Assembly (NCBI GenBank): GCA_041749335.1
Contig: JBGTBM010000010.1
Span: 142,039-206,038, forward strand
From: Patescibacteria group bacterium
GTDB lineage: Bacteria; Patescibacteriota; JABMPQ01
DNA: 64,000 nt
Direction of reading: 5' to 3'
The translations under genes and the position numbers were made by a program. Every line of letters begins with the position of its first letter. Position 1 is the first letter of the stretch. The notes under the pieces were generated by a model, which ran no database searches, had not been told where the DNA came from, and saw only the letters and a program-made list of their open reading frames with translations. This document shows positions 40,112 through 50,917 of this stretch, in pieces.

Positions 40112-40194
40112 GCCGATGTGGCGGAACTGGCATACGCGTGCGACTCAAAATCGCATGGACTTTGTCCATGTGGGTTCGACTCCCACCATCGGCA
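40112..40194 (+). tRNA. tRNA-Leu (anticodon CAA), type II with long variable arm.
   Basis: Manual fold: acceptor GCCGATG/CATCGGC, anticodon loop CTCAAAA, variable hairpin TGGAC-TTT-GTCCA, T-loop GGTTCGACTCC. Followed by a T6 run. Confidence 0.8.
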
Positions 40195-40237
40195 TTTTTT
40201 ATTTAATCAAATTGCCTTCTTTCGTTTTAATTATAGA

Positions 40238-40951
40238 TTATCCGATCTTTTCCTGCAATCGCCCAATCAAAATATCCAACTTATTTCTTTCCGAATTAAT
40301 TCTTTCTATATTTTGCTGAGCAAACCTCAACTTTTTCGCAGCTTTGCCATATTCAGTATTATCCCGGGTGTATTCTGCGGCGCCGATATCTAACTCCAGA
40401 TCAGTTATTTTGAATTTGCTTGGCTCCGCCATTTCCCGCTCTTTTTTTAATTTGGCGTATAAATTATCCAATTCCTGATTTTTGGCATGAAATTTCAAAT
40501 AGCCAAAATCTTTTTCTTCACCAAGCTCCTGGGCTTTCATTTGATCAATCTTTTTATTCAGTTCAGCCTCTTCTTTAACTTTTGGTTGCAATTCTTTTTC
40601 TTGATCCCGCATTTTTCCCAATAAATAATTAACTGCCTCATCAACTGCTTCCGGTTTATTCCCTTTTAATCCCTCAATCATTTCCGATAATTTTTTTCTT
40701 TTTTCGGCGTGCTCCCCGGCATTTTTATTCCATTGTTCAATGGTCATTCCCGGTCCAAAAGCCTCTGTATATTCTTTTCCCAATTTTTTAATTTCACCTT
40801 CAAAATATTCAATCGGATTAATTTTTGATTCCCCGATTTCTCCTTTAACCTGTTCCTGCTGCTCGGAAGTAATCGGTTCAGATTTTGGTTTTTTTTCGGA
40901 AACTTTTAAATTTTCAAATTCTTGGGGTAATTGTTTTTCCGGATTTGGCAT
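40238..40951 (-). CDS. Hypothetical charged coiled-coil protein.
   Basis: Lys/Glu-rich. No motif. Confidence 0.4.
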   Translation of the reverse strand: MPNPEKQLPQEFENLKVSEKKPKSEPITSEQQEQVKGEIGESKINPIEYFEGEIKKLGKEYTEAFGPGMTIEQWNKNAGEHAEKRKKLSEMIEGLKGNKPEAVDEAVNYLLGKMRDQEKELQPKVKEEAELNKKIDQMKAQELGEEKDFGYLKFHAKNQELDNLYAKLKKEREMAEPSKFKITDLELDIGAAEYTRDNTEYGKAAKKLRFAQQNIERINSERNKLDILIGRLQEKIG

Positions 40952-40963
40952 ATTTTTATAATA

Positions 40964-42280
40964 TTATTTAATGGGAAAAATATTACATAGGTCCTGCACT
41001 TCGCCTCTAATCTTGGTTAATTCTTTATCGTCTTTGTTATGAGTAATCGCGCTATTTATCCAAAGCGCAATTTTTTTCATTTCATTTTCCTTCATGCCTC
41101 TCGTAGTCAGCGCCGGAGTTCCCAGGCGAATTCCTGACGGATCAAACGGTTTACGCCGATCATAGGGAATGGTATTTTTATTGACCGTGATCCCGGCTTT
41201 ACTTAAAGCATTTTCTGCTTGCGAACCGGTCACTTCTTTATTGGTTAAATCAATTAATATAAGGTGATTATCAGTTCCACCGGTAACTAAGTTATAATCT
41301 AATTTTAAAAGCTCCGCAGCTAAAGTTTTAGCGTTTTTTACTATTTGTTGAACATAATCCTTGAAAGCCGGCTGCATTGCTTCTTTTAAAGCTACCGCGA
41401 TTGCAGCGGTTTGATGATTATGCGGACCTCCCTGTAATCCCGGAATAACCGCCCGATCAATTAAAGTCGGAATATTTTCCTTGGTTCTAGCTGCTTTTTT
41501 TAAGGGGTTGGAAGAATTTCCATTTGCCAAAATCATCGCTCCCCGCGGACCACGCAATGTTTTGTGGGTAGTGGTAGTGACCACATCGGCAATTCCGATG
41601 GGAGAAGGATGCATTCCTCCCGCAACCAAGCCTGCAATATGGCTCATGTCTGCCATCAAAAATGCCCCACAACGCTCTGCCACTTCTTTATATTTTTCCC
41701 ATTCATACATCCGGGGATAAGCCGTTGCGCCCACAACGATTATTTTCGGCTGGTGTTTGATGGCTAATTCCATCATTTGATCAATATCAATATAGCCGTC
41801 ACTGCGCACTCCATATTGGACACTGTGATAATAGACTCCCGAAAAATTTACCGTAAGCCCATGTGTCATATGTCCGCCATGGTATAGTTTTAATCCCATT
41901 ATAGTATCACCGGGATCAGCCAAGGCAAAATATACCGCCAGATTCGCCGGCGAGCCGGAAAGAAGCTGAACGTTCGCGTAGTTACAATTGAACAATTTCT
42001 TGGCGCGATCTCGAGCAATATTTTCTATCTGATCAACAAATTCACAGCCGCCATAATATCTCATTCCCGGGTAGCCTTCAGAATACTTATCGCTCAAGCG
42101 CGACCCAAGAGCTTCAAGCACCGCCCTGGAAGTATGATTTTCCGAAGGGATCATCTCTAAACCGTTATTTTGCCTATTTATTTCTTTTTGTATCAAAGAA
42201 TAAATTTCCTGATCAATATTTTTCAACATGCTTTTCTTTTTAAATAATAAAATATAGAAGTGAAGTAATCGCCGGAGCAA
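40964..42280 (-). CDS. glyA: Serine hydroxymethyltransferase.
   Basis: PLP-lysine region TTTHKTLRGPRG. ..NLAVYFA.., ..HLILIDL.. motifs. Confidence 0.92.
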   Translation of the reverse strand: MLRRLLHFYILLFKKKSMLKNIDQEIYSLIQKEINRQNNGLEMIPSENHTSRAVLEALGSRLSDKYSEGYPGMRYYGGCEFVDQIENIARDRAKKLFNCNYANVQLLSGSPANLAVYFALADPGDTIMGLKLYHGGHMTHGLTVNFSGVYYHSVQYGVRSDGYIDIDQMMELAIKHQPKIIVVGATAYPRMYEWEKYKEVAERCGAFLMADMSHIAGLVAGGMHPSPIGIADVVTTTTHKTLRGPRGAMILANGNSSNPLKKAARTKENIPTLIDRAVIPGLQGGPHNHQTAAIAVALKEAMQPAFKDYVQQIVKNAKTLAAELLKLDYNLVTGGTDNHLILIDLTNKEVTGSQAENALSKAGITVNKNTIPYDRRKPFDPSGIRLGTPALTTRGMKENEMKKIALWINSAITHNKDDKELTKIRGEVQDLCNIFPIK

Positions 42281-43400
42281 TAAAAGATAATTCTATTCTA
42301 CCGGTAAAATAAATAATGATAAATGCAAAAAATAATAAGATTGTTCGGCTTAAATTTACCGCCTGTTCAAAGAAAATCACGGTTTTCATAAACCGATGAG
42401 TTTTTGATGCGAAAGAATAAGTTTTAGACCAAACCGGAATCAAAATACTGCTCAATGAAATACGATAAAGTGAATCAGTAAAAAAAATCGAAATTGGCCC
42501 TCTAATAAATATCCTGGCGATCCAGATAAGAATATTGGCCGCTCCTCCGATCCTAATTAGCTTATCACGGTGTTTGGTATCAGTATAGCGTCCGATAACT
42601 AAATTTATAATTATTGTAAATAAGGTCGATAGCGAAATTACCACCCCCATGGAAAAATATTGGTCAAGAATTAAAAAAATTAATATTGGCTAGACCACCG
42701 CGACAATGGCATCTTCGCCTAAAGCAAAATATCCCCACAGTTTTTTTCGATTTTCTTTTTTAAACAATCTCCTGAAAGCTCTAAAAAATAAAAACCGGCC
42801 GGGGCGAAATTTTTCTTTGGTGGTAAACATCGGAATTACCGAAACTATAAAAAGCATTGATACGATTACAAAAAGCGCCGGAAAATTAAATCGGTTTATA
42901 ATAATACCGCCCAGCAACGGCCCAATAATAGCAACCACAAAACCGATTATTCTAAAAAAGCCGACTTCTCGGCCGCGATTTTTCTGATTGCCATAAAAAG
43001 CCAGATTGGCATGATAAGCCGGCCAATATATTACTCGCTCAATGGCATAAAATAATCCGGCCAAAAATATAAGCGGGGGATAAAATATAATAAAATACAG
43101 AAATAAATAATACAGAATTCTAAAGGGAATGCTGTAGAACATGGCGTGTTCAAATCCAACCTTGACCGATATCTTCCCGCCCAAAGGCAATAAAATAAAA
43201 TATGTGAAATATACTCCGGCATAAAATAAAATGATTTGATGAACCGGAAATCCCAAGGAATAAAAATATAAAGGCTCAAAGAGCGCGATCATCGCAACTC
43301 CCAATGATCTTATCGTGGCTGAAATATAAAGCTCCGCCACCTCTCTCTTAATTAACAATCGCAGATAAGGAATATTTATTTTTGCATTTGTGTCCGGCAT
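42240..43400 (-). pseudogene. MFS-type transporter interrupted by a single in-frame TAG (stop at 42690-42692). The two halves are in the same frame and would give ~386 aa and ~12 TM helices.
   Basis: Both sub-ORFs (42690..43400 and 42240..42650) share a frame. Hand translation of the 39-nt spacer gives PILIFLILDQYFS with no further stop. Confidence 0.55.
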
Positions 43401-44015
43401 CTATTGAAATTTTTCCTTTCCCTGTCTTAAAATGCGGGGAACATTGCTGGTCAGGTCAACTAAAGTAGAAGGAATGATTTCCCTCAAGTTCCCGCCGTTG
43501 ACTAAAAGATCGGGTGCGGTCGGCTTTTCTTGAAAATAAATCAATATTTCTCTTGGATCATATATCGGAGCTTGTCCCGTAATATTGGCGCTGGTGGCGG
43601 TAATGGGAAATTTAATATATTGAAAAATATTATTTATCAATCTTGAATCAATCAATCGAACCGCAATGGTTTTTTTATCAAAAGATATATTATCGTAAAT
43701 CCCTTCTTTCTTTTTTAAAATAAAAGTAAATGATCCGGGCAAATATTTTTGCAATATTTTTTTATTTTTATTATCTAAATCCGCAATATTTTCAATCATC
43801 GGAATATCTTTTACGAAAACAGAGATCGATTTAATTTTTTCTCTTTTTTTTATTTGATATATTTTATTGGTAATTTCAACCTCGTCGGCTTTAGCGCATA
43901 AAGCATAACTGGTATCCGAAGGAAGGACACAGACCTTACCTCTTTTTAAATAATTTGCTATTTTGGCTGCCTTGCTGATATTTATATTTTTTAAATTGAC
44001 TTTAATTGTTTCCAT
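43401..44015 (-). CDS. tsaC: L-threonylcarbamoyladenylate synthase (TsaC/YrdC family).
   Basis: ..VCVLPSDTSYAL.. and ..TATSANITGQ.. YrdC motifs. Confidence 0.8.
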   Translation of the reverse strand: METIKVNLKNINISKAAKIANYLKRGKVCVLPSDTSYALCAKADEVEITNKIYQIKKREKIKSISVFVKDIPMIENIADLDNKNKKILQKYLPGSFTFILKKKEGIYDNISFDKKTIAVRLIDSRLINNIFQYIKFPITATSANITGQAPIYDPREILIYFQEKPTAPDLLVNGGNLREIIPSTLVDLTSNVPRILRQGKEKFQ

Positions 44016-44742
44016 CTTTTAATATTTTTTTAGCTTGCAATAATTCAGCGGGAGTATTTATTCCCACAATATTATTATATTCGGTGGTAATGATAGAAAT
44101 TATTTTTTTATCAAAGCTGCTTAATATTTCAACAACATCGGTTAAATAATATTCTTTTTGGGCATTATTTGATTTAATTTTTTCCAGAGCGAAAAATAAA
44201 TCTTTGATGCTAAAGCAATAGATGCCCGCATTTTTTTCCTCAATCTCTAAAATTTCTTGGTCGGCATCTTTCGCTTCCACAATTTTTTTAACATTGCCGC
44301 GCCGATCCCTGATTACTCTTCCCCAAGATGGAAAATCTTTTGTTTTAACCGACATCATCGCCGCCGCCGCCCTTTCCTTAATACAAGCATTATATAGATC
44401 TTTAAACATCTTTGGAGAAATAAACGGCATGTCTCCATTGGATACCAACACGTAACCGTCAGCCTGCACTAAAAGCTTTTTGGTTTGCATTAAAGCATGT
44501 CCCGTGCCTAATTGGTTCTTCTGAATTGCATAATCTACGCTCTTTCCCAAAATACCTTGCACCAATTCTCTTTTATAACCAACGACTACAATCACCCTGG
44601 TAAGATTAAGACTTTGGACCGTATCAACACAATATTCAATCAGCGTTTTACTATTAATCTTAAAAAGCACCTTGGGCAGATCCGATTTCATCCTGGTTCC
44701 CTTGCCCCCGGCCAATATTACGCTATATACTTCCGCCATCAT
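44002..44742 (-). CDS. GlmU-like uridyltransferase domain protein (N-terminal NTP-transferase only, no LbH acetyltransferase domain).
   Basis: ILAGGKGTRMKSDLPKVLF closely matches the GlmU signature. 246 aa. Confidence 0.7.
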   Translation of the reverse strand: MMAEVYSVILAGGKGTRMKSDLPKVLFKINSKTLIEYCVDTVQSLNLTRVIVVVGYKRELVQGILGKSVDYAIQKNQLGTGHALMQTKKLLVQADGYVLVSNGDMPFISPKMFKDLYNACIKERAAAAMMSVKTKDFPSWGRVIRDRRGNVKKIVEAKDADQEILEIEEKNAGIYCFSIKDLFFALEKIKSNNAQKEYYLTDVVEILSSFDKKIISIITTEYNNIVGINTPAELLQAKKILKDGNN

Positions 44743-44914
44743 TGATAAATAATTTATTTCAAAACTTATATGTATTTTATCTTATCTATAAGCAGTATGT
44801 CAATTTACAAAAAACCGACAGATAAATCCGCCGGTTAATGCTTTATAATTTTCACCCAATTTTTATTTCTAAAGTTCTTGATTTTAGTTAAATTAGGCAC
44901 TTGAAATTAATATT

Positions 44915-45718
44915 TTATTTTTTAATTAAAATAATTCCCAGCTTTTCGCCCGTGAGCATCAAATCCGGATCAGCATTTGCTCCAGTGACAAAATTATGAA
45001 TGGATTCGTAAAAATTATAATGTGAATATTCAAAATTCGCCCCAAATTGGGTACCGGGATCATGGGTAATAATTTTTTCTTCAGTATATCCGATAACGGT
45101 TAGCATATGATAGACCGGCGCGGGCGGAGTAAAATGCTTATTTTCTAAAACTCTTCCGGCGGCGGGTATTATTACCGGATTGCCATTGGCTATTTCCGAC
45201 TTGATTGCTTCTAGGCTTTCAATTTTTATTATTTTATATTCGTATCCTAAATATTTTTCGATTACCGTCGCCACTTCTGCTATCTGTAAATCTTTGTGTG
45301 AACCGAAATATTTTAGCTCCCAATCGATCATCTGCTGCAGATCATCTCTGACCCTTTCGGGCGCAATTGTTTTAATATTTTCTAAATAATAATACGCATT
45401 TAAAATCGCGGCCTCTTCGCACGCATTCTGCCAAGGCTCATTCCAATCTTTGAAAGGGGCCTGCGGAACAAATACAGCCTCCAGAGTTTTTGTTTGCGGA
45501 ACTACAATATCTCCTTCTTCTTCCGGAATATTTAATTCATTTTGACCAATAATATTTTGTTGATAATTATCATTGTCTAAAATATTTTCTGCCTTTTCTA
45601 TTTCTTCTCCTGCTTTTTGCTCTTCATTGATATTTTTAAACGCATAGACAAAAATCACGATTATCGGAATCGTGATTAATAGTGCAATTAATATTTTTTT
45701 ATTGGTTCCTCTTTTCAT
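44915..45718 (-). CDS. Secreted protein with C39-like (YvpB-type, papain-fold) peptidase domain.
   Basis: N-terminal TM/signal. Putative catalytic Cys in WQNACEEAA and His in HMLTVIGY. Paralogous to the C-terminus of the next gene. Confidence 0.5.
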   Translation of the reverse strand: MKRGTNKKILIALLITIPIIVIFVYAFKNINEEQKAGEEIEKAENILDNDNYQQNIIGQNELNIPEEEGDIVVPQTKTLEAVFVPQAPFKDWNEPWQNACEEAAILNAYYYLENIKTIAPERVRDDLQQMIDWELKYFGSHKDLQIAEVATVIEKYLGYEYKIIKIESLEAIKSEIANGNPVIIPAAGRVLENKHFTPPAPVYHMLTVIGYTEEKIITHDPGTQFGANFEYSHYNFYESIHNFVTGANADPDLMLTGEKLGIILIKK

Positions 45719-45719
45719 A

Positions 45720-47408
45720 TTATTTCACTACTACTCCGCTATGATTAAAATAACTCCAATTTTCTAAAAATTCTTCTTTGGTATATGTCCTAATTTCACC
45801 TAGTGGATCATTGGTTAAAATATGCGATGGATTGTCTATGTGGCCGATAAATCCTTTGACTACCCTAGCATGTTGTCCAATTATTGCAAATATTTCACGA
45901 CCAAAAACCGTCCGCCAATAAACCGGCCGAAAATCATTACTTCTTGCCCCCCACATAATAACGGGATTGCCGTCCGCTACCTCTTCAAGCATCTTTTTTA
46001 ATGAAGTTCCTTCAAAATAATATGATTCTCTCATCATTGATGCCGCTCTGGCAACCGGCCTCCAATAAACGCCGTATCCGCTGCTAACCTGTCTGCCGGT
46101 AACCCGGCCGACAAATCCATATTGAGGATCGCCCCAAATATTTCCATCCTTTCCCGTTCGATCATATCCAATTAAATTTATCAATTCATCTTCTGAAACA
46201 TTAATTCCTTTATACGCCAATGCCATCCGCAAACTGGCCGCCTCGCACGATAAGTTTTTTTCTTGCTTTATTAAAGGAATGTTTAAATCGACATTTTCAT
46301 ATTTTATCGGTTTAATATTGCCCGGCCCCGCCAGCAGCTCAAATTTGCCATCGCCGGTTACATCGGCAAGATCAATATTTACTCCCTGCCGCGAGTTTTT
46401 ATCAAAAGCCATTATTCTCTTGCCTAAATAGATAAGACTCTTTGAATAATATTTATAATATTTGATTTCCGGCCCGCCATTATACCCGGCAGCGGTGATA
46501 ATTTCGTCTTGACCGTCATTATTGATATCGGCCAGCCTTACTTTAATTCCGGATTTAATATTTTCAGGATAAAGCATATCATAAGCGATTATTTCTCCAT
46601 TTTTTTTATAAATTTTTGTCCAGGCTTGCCCCTCCCCGGCTTGGCTGGCAATGATTTCCATCTCGCCATTTCCATCTACATCGCCGATATCAACCGCTAC
46701 GCCGCCGCGAAAATCAGGATGAAAAGGAAAAAAATTATAATCCGTCGGCCGGCCTCGGCCATCGAAAATTCTCACGTGCGGTCCTCCCTTGCGTCCGGCG
46801 CCGGTAATAATCTCGTCCCGGCCGTCTCGATCAATATCGCCGGTTGAAATATTTACTCCGCATTCAATGCCGGCTTCATATGCTAAAAAATCTCCGATGA
46901 TATTGCCATTATATTGGTATATTTTTATTCTTGCTTCGCCCAACGATGCCTGCCCGAAAACAAGCTCGTCCACACCATCACCGTCAAGATCACCCGCCGC
47001 TACATTTATTCCACCCCTGAAATCAGAATGAAAAGGCAAAAACTTCTTGCCGATATACTTTCCCTCAACATTATAAATTTTTACCTCGGGATAATCGCCC
47101 ACTCCGGAACCAACAATGATCTCAACCTTTCCATCGCCGTCAAGGTCCCCGGCCGAAAGATTAACTCCTCCGGCATTTTTATTGCCTCCAAGCACCGAAA
47201 AACTTTGCATTTCGGCCAGTTTATTTCCGGAAAATATTTTTACTTCCGCCTCAAGGCTGCTTTCGGCATGGGCGATTCCGCATCCGAATAATAGCGCGAT
47301 TAATATACTTATTATGCTAAAGATATTTTTTTTCATAACACCGCTTGATTGATTAAATTTAAAATTTTTTAATTTGCTGACAAAAACATTTTTTGCTAAT
47401 GTTAGCAC
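45720..47408 (-). CDS. Secreted FG-GAP/VCBS-repeat protein with C-terminal C39-like peptidase domain.
   Basis: Six or more GDLDGDG/GDIDRDG..E(I/L)I Ca-binding FG-GAP repeats. C-terminal LSCEAASL..GNPVIMWG..HARVVKGF. Confidence 0.6.
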   Translation of the reverse strand: MLTLAKNVFVSKLKNFKFNQSSGVMKKNIFSIISILIALLFGCGIAHAESSLEAEVKIFSGNKLAEMQSFSVLGGNKNAGGVNLSAGDLDGDGKVEIIVGSGVGDYPEVKIYNVEGKYIGKKFLPFHSDFRGGINVAAGDLDGDGVDELVFGQASLGEARIKIYQYNGNIIGDFLAYEAGIECGVNISTGDIDRDGRDEIITGAGRKGGPHVRIFDGRGRPTDYNFFPFHPDFRGGVAVDIGDVDGNGEMEIIASQAGEGQAWTKIYKKNGEIIAYDMLYPENIKSGIKVRLADINNDGQDEIITAAGYNGGPEIKYYKYYSKSLIYLGKRIMAFDKNSRQGVNIDLADVTGDGKFELLAGPGNIKPIKYENVDLNIPLIKQEKNLSCEAASLRMALAYKGINVSEDELINLIGYDRTGKDGNIWGDPQYGFVGRVTGRQVSSGYGVYWRPVARAASMMRESYYFEGTSLKKMLEEVADGNPVIMWGARSNDFRPVYWRTVFGREIFAIIGQHARVVKGFIGHIDNPSHILTNDPLGEIRTYTKEEFLENWSYFNHSGVVVK

Positions 47409-47421
47409 TATATAAAAACAA

Positions 47422-48510
47422 ATGGATCAAGATTTAAAATATTGGAACGCCTTCAATCAAAATTTAAAAATTGGACCGGTGCGCTTCCAAAAAATATATA
47501 ATCATTTTGAAAATTTGTCGGCTGCCTGGCAAGCTTCAGCTCAAGAACTATCCCGGGCCGGCTTAGAGCCGAATGTGATAGATTATTTCATGGTAAAGCG
47601 CAAGGAAATTAATCCGGATGCAGAAATGGAAAAACTTTACCGAGAAAATATAAATATCATTACTATAAAAAATAGCGTCTATCCGAAAATTTTAAAAGAG
47701 ATTTATAGTCCCCCGGCACTATTATATGTCAAGGGACAGATAACTGAAATGGATGATATTTCTTTGGGCGTAGTGGGAACCAGAAAAATTTCAGCTTATG
47801 GAAAAATAGTCGCTCCTGATATTATTAACGAATTAGCTGCCAATAAAATTACCATAGTTTCCGGTTTGGCTTTGGGCATTGATACAATCGCCCATTCCAC
47901 AGCTTTAAATGGCGGCGGCCGAACCATTGCCGTGCTGGGATCCGGCTTGGATGAAAAAAGCATTTATCCCTACGCCAATAAAATGCTGGCGCAAAAAATC
48001 ATGGAAAACGGAGCGGTCATATCAGAATATCCCCTTGGCACCATGCCGCTAAAACAAAATTTTCCCGCCCGCAATCGCATTATTTCCGGACTTAGTCGCG
48101 GCACTTTGGTCGTTGAAGCTCCCGAAAGTTCCGGAGCCTTAATTACCGCGAAATTCGCACTGGAACAAAATCGTGAAGTCTTTGCCATTCCCGGCAATAT
48201 TACCAATGTAAATTCTCAAGGTCCCAATAATTTGATTAAAATGGGCGCCAAACTGGTTTCGTCCGCTCAAGATATTTTAGATGAATTAAATCTCAATATG
48301 GCTACGGAATTTTCCAAAAATAAAAAGATTATTCCCGAAACAAAAGAGGAGGAAATTATTTTGCAATTTATTTCCAAAGACCCGATACATATTAATAAAT
48401 TAATTTCTCTAACCAAATTACCCGCTCATACCTTAAGCGCCTGCATAACCATAATGGAGATGAAAGGAAAAATCCGAAATCTGGGCGGGATGATGTACGT
48501 AATTAATTAG
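47422..48510 (+). CDS. dprA: DNA processing protein DprA (Smf).
   Basis: GLALGIDTIAHSTAL..GGGRTIAVLGSGLD Rossmann motif. C-terminal wH. Confidence 0.9.
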   Translation: MDQDLKYWNAFNQNLKIGPVRFQKIYNHFENLSAAWQASAQELSRAGLEPNVIDYFMVKRKEINPDAEMEKLYRENINIITIKNSVYPKILKEIYSPPALLYVKGQITEMDDISLGVVGTRKISAYGKIVAPDIINELAANKITIVSGLALGIDTIAHSTALNGGGRTIAVLGSGLDEKSIYPYANKMLAQKIMENGAVISEYPLGTMPLKQNFPARNRIISGLSRGTLVVEAPESSGALITAKFALEQNREVFAIPGNITNVNSQGPNNLIKMGAKLVSSAQDILDELNLNMATEFSKNKKIIPETKEEEIILQFISKDPIHINKLISLTKLPAHTLSACITIMEMKGKIRNLGGMMYVIN

Positions 48511-48569
48511 CTAATTTGACAAACATCAAACATTGTATTAATGTTTGTCACAAAATATTTTAATTTTAT

Positions 48570-50792
48570 ATGAAAACATTAGTTATCGTCGAATCTCCCA
48601 CCAAAGCCAAAACCATTTCCCGATATTTAGGCAAAGATTTTATTGTTGAATCTTCATTCGGCCACATTAGAGATCTTCCCAAAAAAGAAATTGGCGTTGA
48701 TGTGGAAAAAAACTTTACTCCGATTTATGAAATACCGGATAAAGCCAAAAAGGTCGTCTCCAGACTCAAAGCTAAATTAAAAAATGCCGACGAAGTGATA
48801 CTGGCGACTGACGAAGACCGGGAAGGAGAAGCCATCGCCTGGCATTTGGCGCACGCTTTAAATATTGACCCCAAAAATACCAAAAGAATTGTTTTTCACG
48901 AAATTACTAAAAAAGCGATTACTCAAGCGCTAAAAAATCCGCGCAAGATTGATGACAATTTGGTAGATGCCCAGCAGGCGCGCCGAATTCTTGATCGCTT
49001 AGTGGGATATAAATTAAGCCCGCTTTTATGGAATAAAGTTCGCCGAGGACTTTCCGCCGGCCGGGTCCAATCCGTCGCGGTACGCTTGATCGTAGATCGC
49101 GAAAGAGAAATTGAAAAATTTAAGGTTCAAGAATATTGGAGCATTGAAGCGGAATTATCTCAGCAAAATAAAGAAGATAATTTTATTGCCAAATTGGTTA
49201 AAAAAGATGATAAAACTTTTAAAAAGCTGGCGATCGATAGCGTGCAAGCAAAAAATATTATTCAAGATTTGGACCGGGCTCAATATAAAGTAATTGATAT
49301 TAGGCAAAAAGAAATTAAAAGAAGCCCTGCCCCGCCTTTTATTACCAGCACCTTGCAGCAGGAAGCATCGCGCAAATTCGGCTTTTCCGCCAAGCAAACC
49401 ATGATGATCGCCCAACAGCTTTATGAAGGAATAAACCTCGCAGGAAAATCAACTGGACTAATCAGCTATATGCGAACTGATTCTTATAATTTATCCCAAG
49501 ACGCTCTCGCGGAAGCTCAAACCGTCATTCAAAATTTGTACGGCAAGAATTACGCGCTCTCCACGCCGAGATTTTATAAAAAGAAAAGCAAAGGCGCGCA
49601 AGAAGCACATGAAGCCATCCGGCCTACCTCGCTTTCTAGATACCCCGAGGATTTAAAAAATGATTTAGACCCCAGGCAATATAAACTATACAGCCTGATT
49701 TGGAAAAGAACTATCGCCTGCCAGATGCAAGAAGCCATCATGGATTCAACCGCAGTGGATATTCAGGCCAAAAATTATTTATTCAGGGCAACCGGAGCGG
49801 TTATTAAATTTGCCGGTTTTATTAAAGTGTATACCGAAGGCACCGACGACGGTAAAAATATTTTTAAGGAAAACATCTTGCCTGGACTAAAAATTAATGA
49901 AGATCTTAAACTAATTGACTTAAAATCCATCCAGCATCACACCGAACCGCCGGCCCGCTATACCGACGCCACTTTGGTTAAAGCGCTGGAAGAGCATGGC
50001 ATCGGCCGGCCGTCCACCTATGCCCCCACCATCAGCACCATCCAGGATCGCGGTTATGTGGAAAAGATAGAAAAAAAATTCCATCCCTTGGATATCGGCA
50101 AACTGGTAAATGACATTTTGGTAGAACATTTTCCTGCGATTGTTGACTTTGAATTTACCGCCAAACTTGAAGAAGACCTGGATAAAATTGCGCTTAATGA
50201 AACCGAGTGGGTGCCGGTCATTGCTGATTTCTACGCGCCTTTTATTAAAAACATTGAAAAGAAAGATAAAGAATTGGACAAGAAAAAATTAACGGAGGAA
50301 AAAACGGATAAAAAATGTCCGCAGTGCCAAAGCGATATGGTAATTAAAATGGGACGCTTTGGAAAATTTTATGCCTGTTCAAAATATCCGGAATGTAAAT
50401 ATACCGAACCGCTGGAGGCAGAGAAAAAAGAATTGGCTAAGCTGGAAACCCAATCCAACGAAAAATGTGAAAAATGCGGTTCTGCCATGGAAGTAAAAAG
50501 AGGAAGATTCGGTCCATTTCTCGCCTGTTCTAAATATCCCGAATGTAAAAATACCAAGGCAATTGAAATATCTACCGGCGCCAAATGTCCGCAGTGCGGT
50601 AAGGGAGAAATCATTGAAAAAAAATCTAAAAAGGGTAGAACCTTTTACGCCTGCAACCAATATCCCAAATGCAAATATGCGATGTGGAATAAACCCACCG
50701 GCGAAAATTGCCCGCAGTGCCAAAGCCTTCTGGTCTATGCCGGCAAAGATAAAATTAAATGCAGCAACAAGGAATGTAAATTTGAAAAATAA
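48570..50792 (+). CDS. topA: DNA topoisomerase I with four C-terminal C4 zinc ribbons.
   Basis: TOPRIM (LVIVESPTKAKTI..), catalytic region, then 4x C-x2-C..C-x(4-5)-C ribbons. Confidence 0.95.
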   Translation: MKTLVIVESPTKAKTISRYLGKDFIVESSFGHIRDLPKKEIGVDVEKNFTPIYEIPDKAKKVVSRLKAKLKNADEVILATDEDREGEAIAWHLAHALNIDPKNTKRIVFHEITKKAITQALKNPRKIDDNLVDAQQARRILDRLVGYKLSPLLWNKVRRGLSAGRVQSVAVRLIVDREREIEKFKVQEYWSIEAELSQQNKEDNFIAKLVKKDDKTFKKLAIDSVQAKNIIQDLDRAQYKVIDIRQKEIKRSPAPPFITSTLQQEASRKFGFSAKQTMMIAQQLYEGINLAGKSTGLISYMRTDSYNLSQDALAEAQTVIQNLYGKNYALSTPRFYKKKSKGAQEAHEAIRPTSLSRYPEDLKNDLDPRQYKLYSLIWKRTIACQMQEAIMDSTAVDIQAKNYLFRATGAVIKFAGFIKVYTEGTDDGKNIFKENILPGLKINEDLKLIDLKSIQHHTEPPARYTDATLVKALEEHGIGRPSTYAPTISTIQDRGYVEKIEKKFHPLDIGKLVNDILVEHFPAIVDFEFTAKLEEDLDKIALNETEWVPVIADFYAPFIKNIEKKDKELDKKKLTEEKTDKKCPQCQSDMVIKMGRFGKFYACSKYPECKYTEPLEAEKKELAKLETQSNEKCEKCGSAMEVKRGRFGPFLACSKYPECKNTKAIEISTGAKCPQCGKGEIIEKKSKKGRTFYACNQYPKCKYAMWNKPTGENCPQCQSLLVYAGKDKIKCSNKECKFEK

Positions 50793-50917
50793 GCCCTAAT
50801 CAAAAAAACAGCTAACTATTAGCTGTTTTGTTATTAACATATTAAACAATCACACATAGGTGGTAGGAATCCTGCCTGTGATAGGCCGATAAACCCAATA
50901 TGTATATAATAAAACCA

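Noticed and set aside
40110-40393. ORFs 40110..40319 and 40118..40393 (+).
   Set aside because: They are read through tRNA-Leu(CAA) and the convergent 40238..40951 gene. Spurious.
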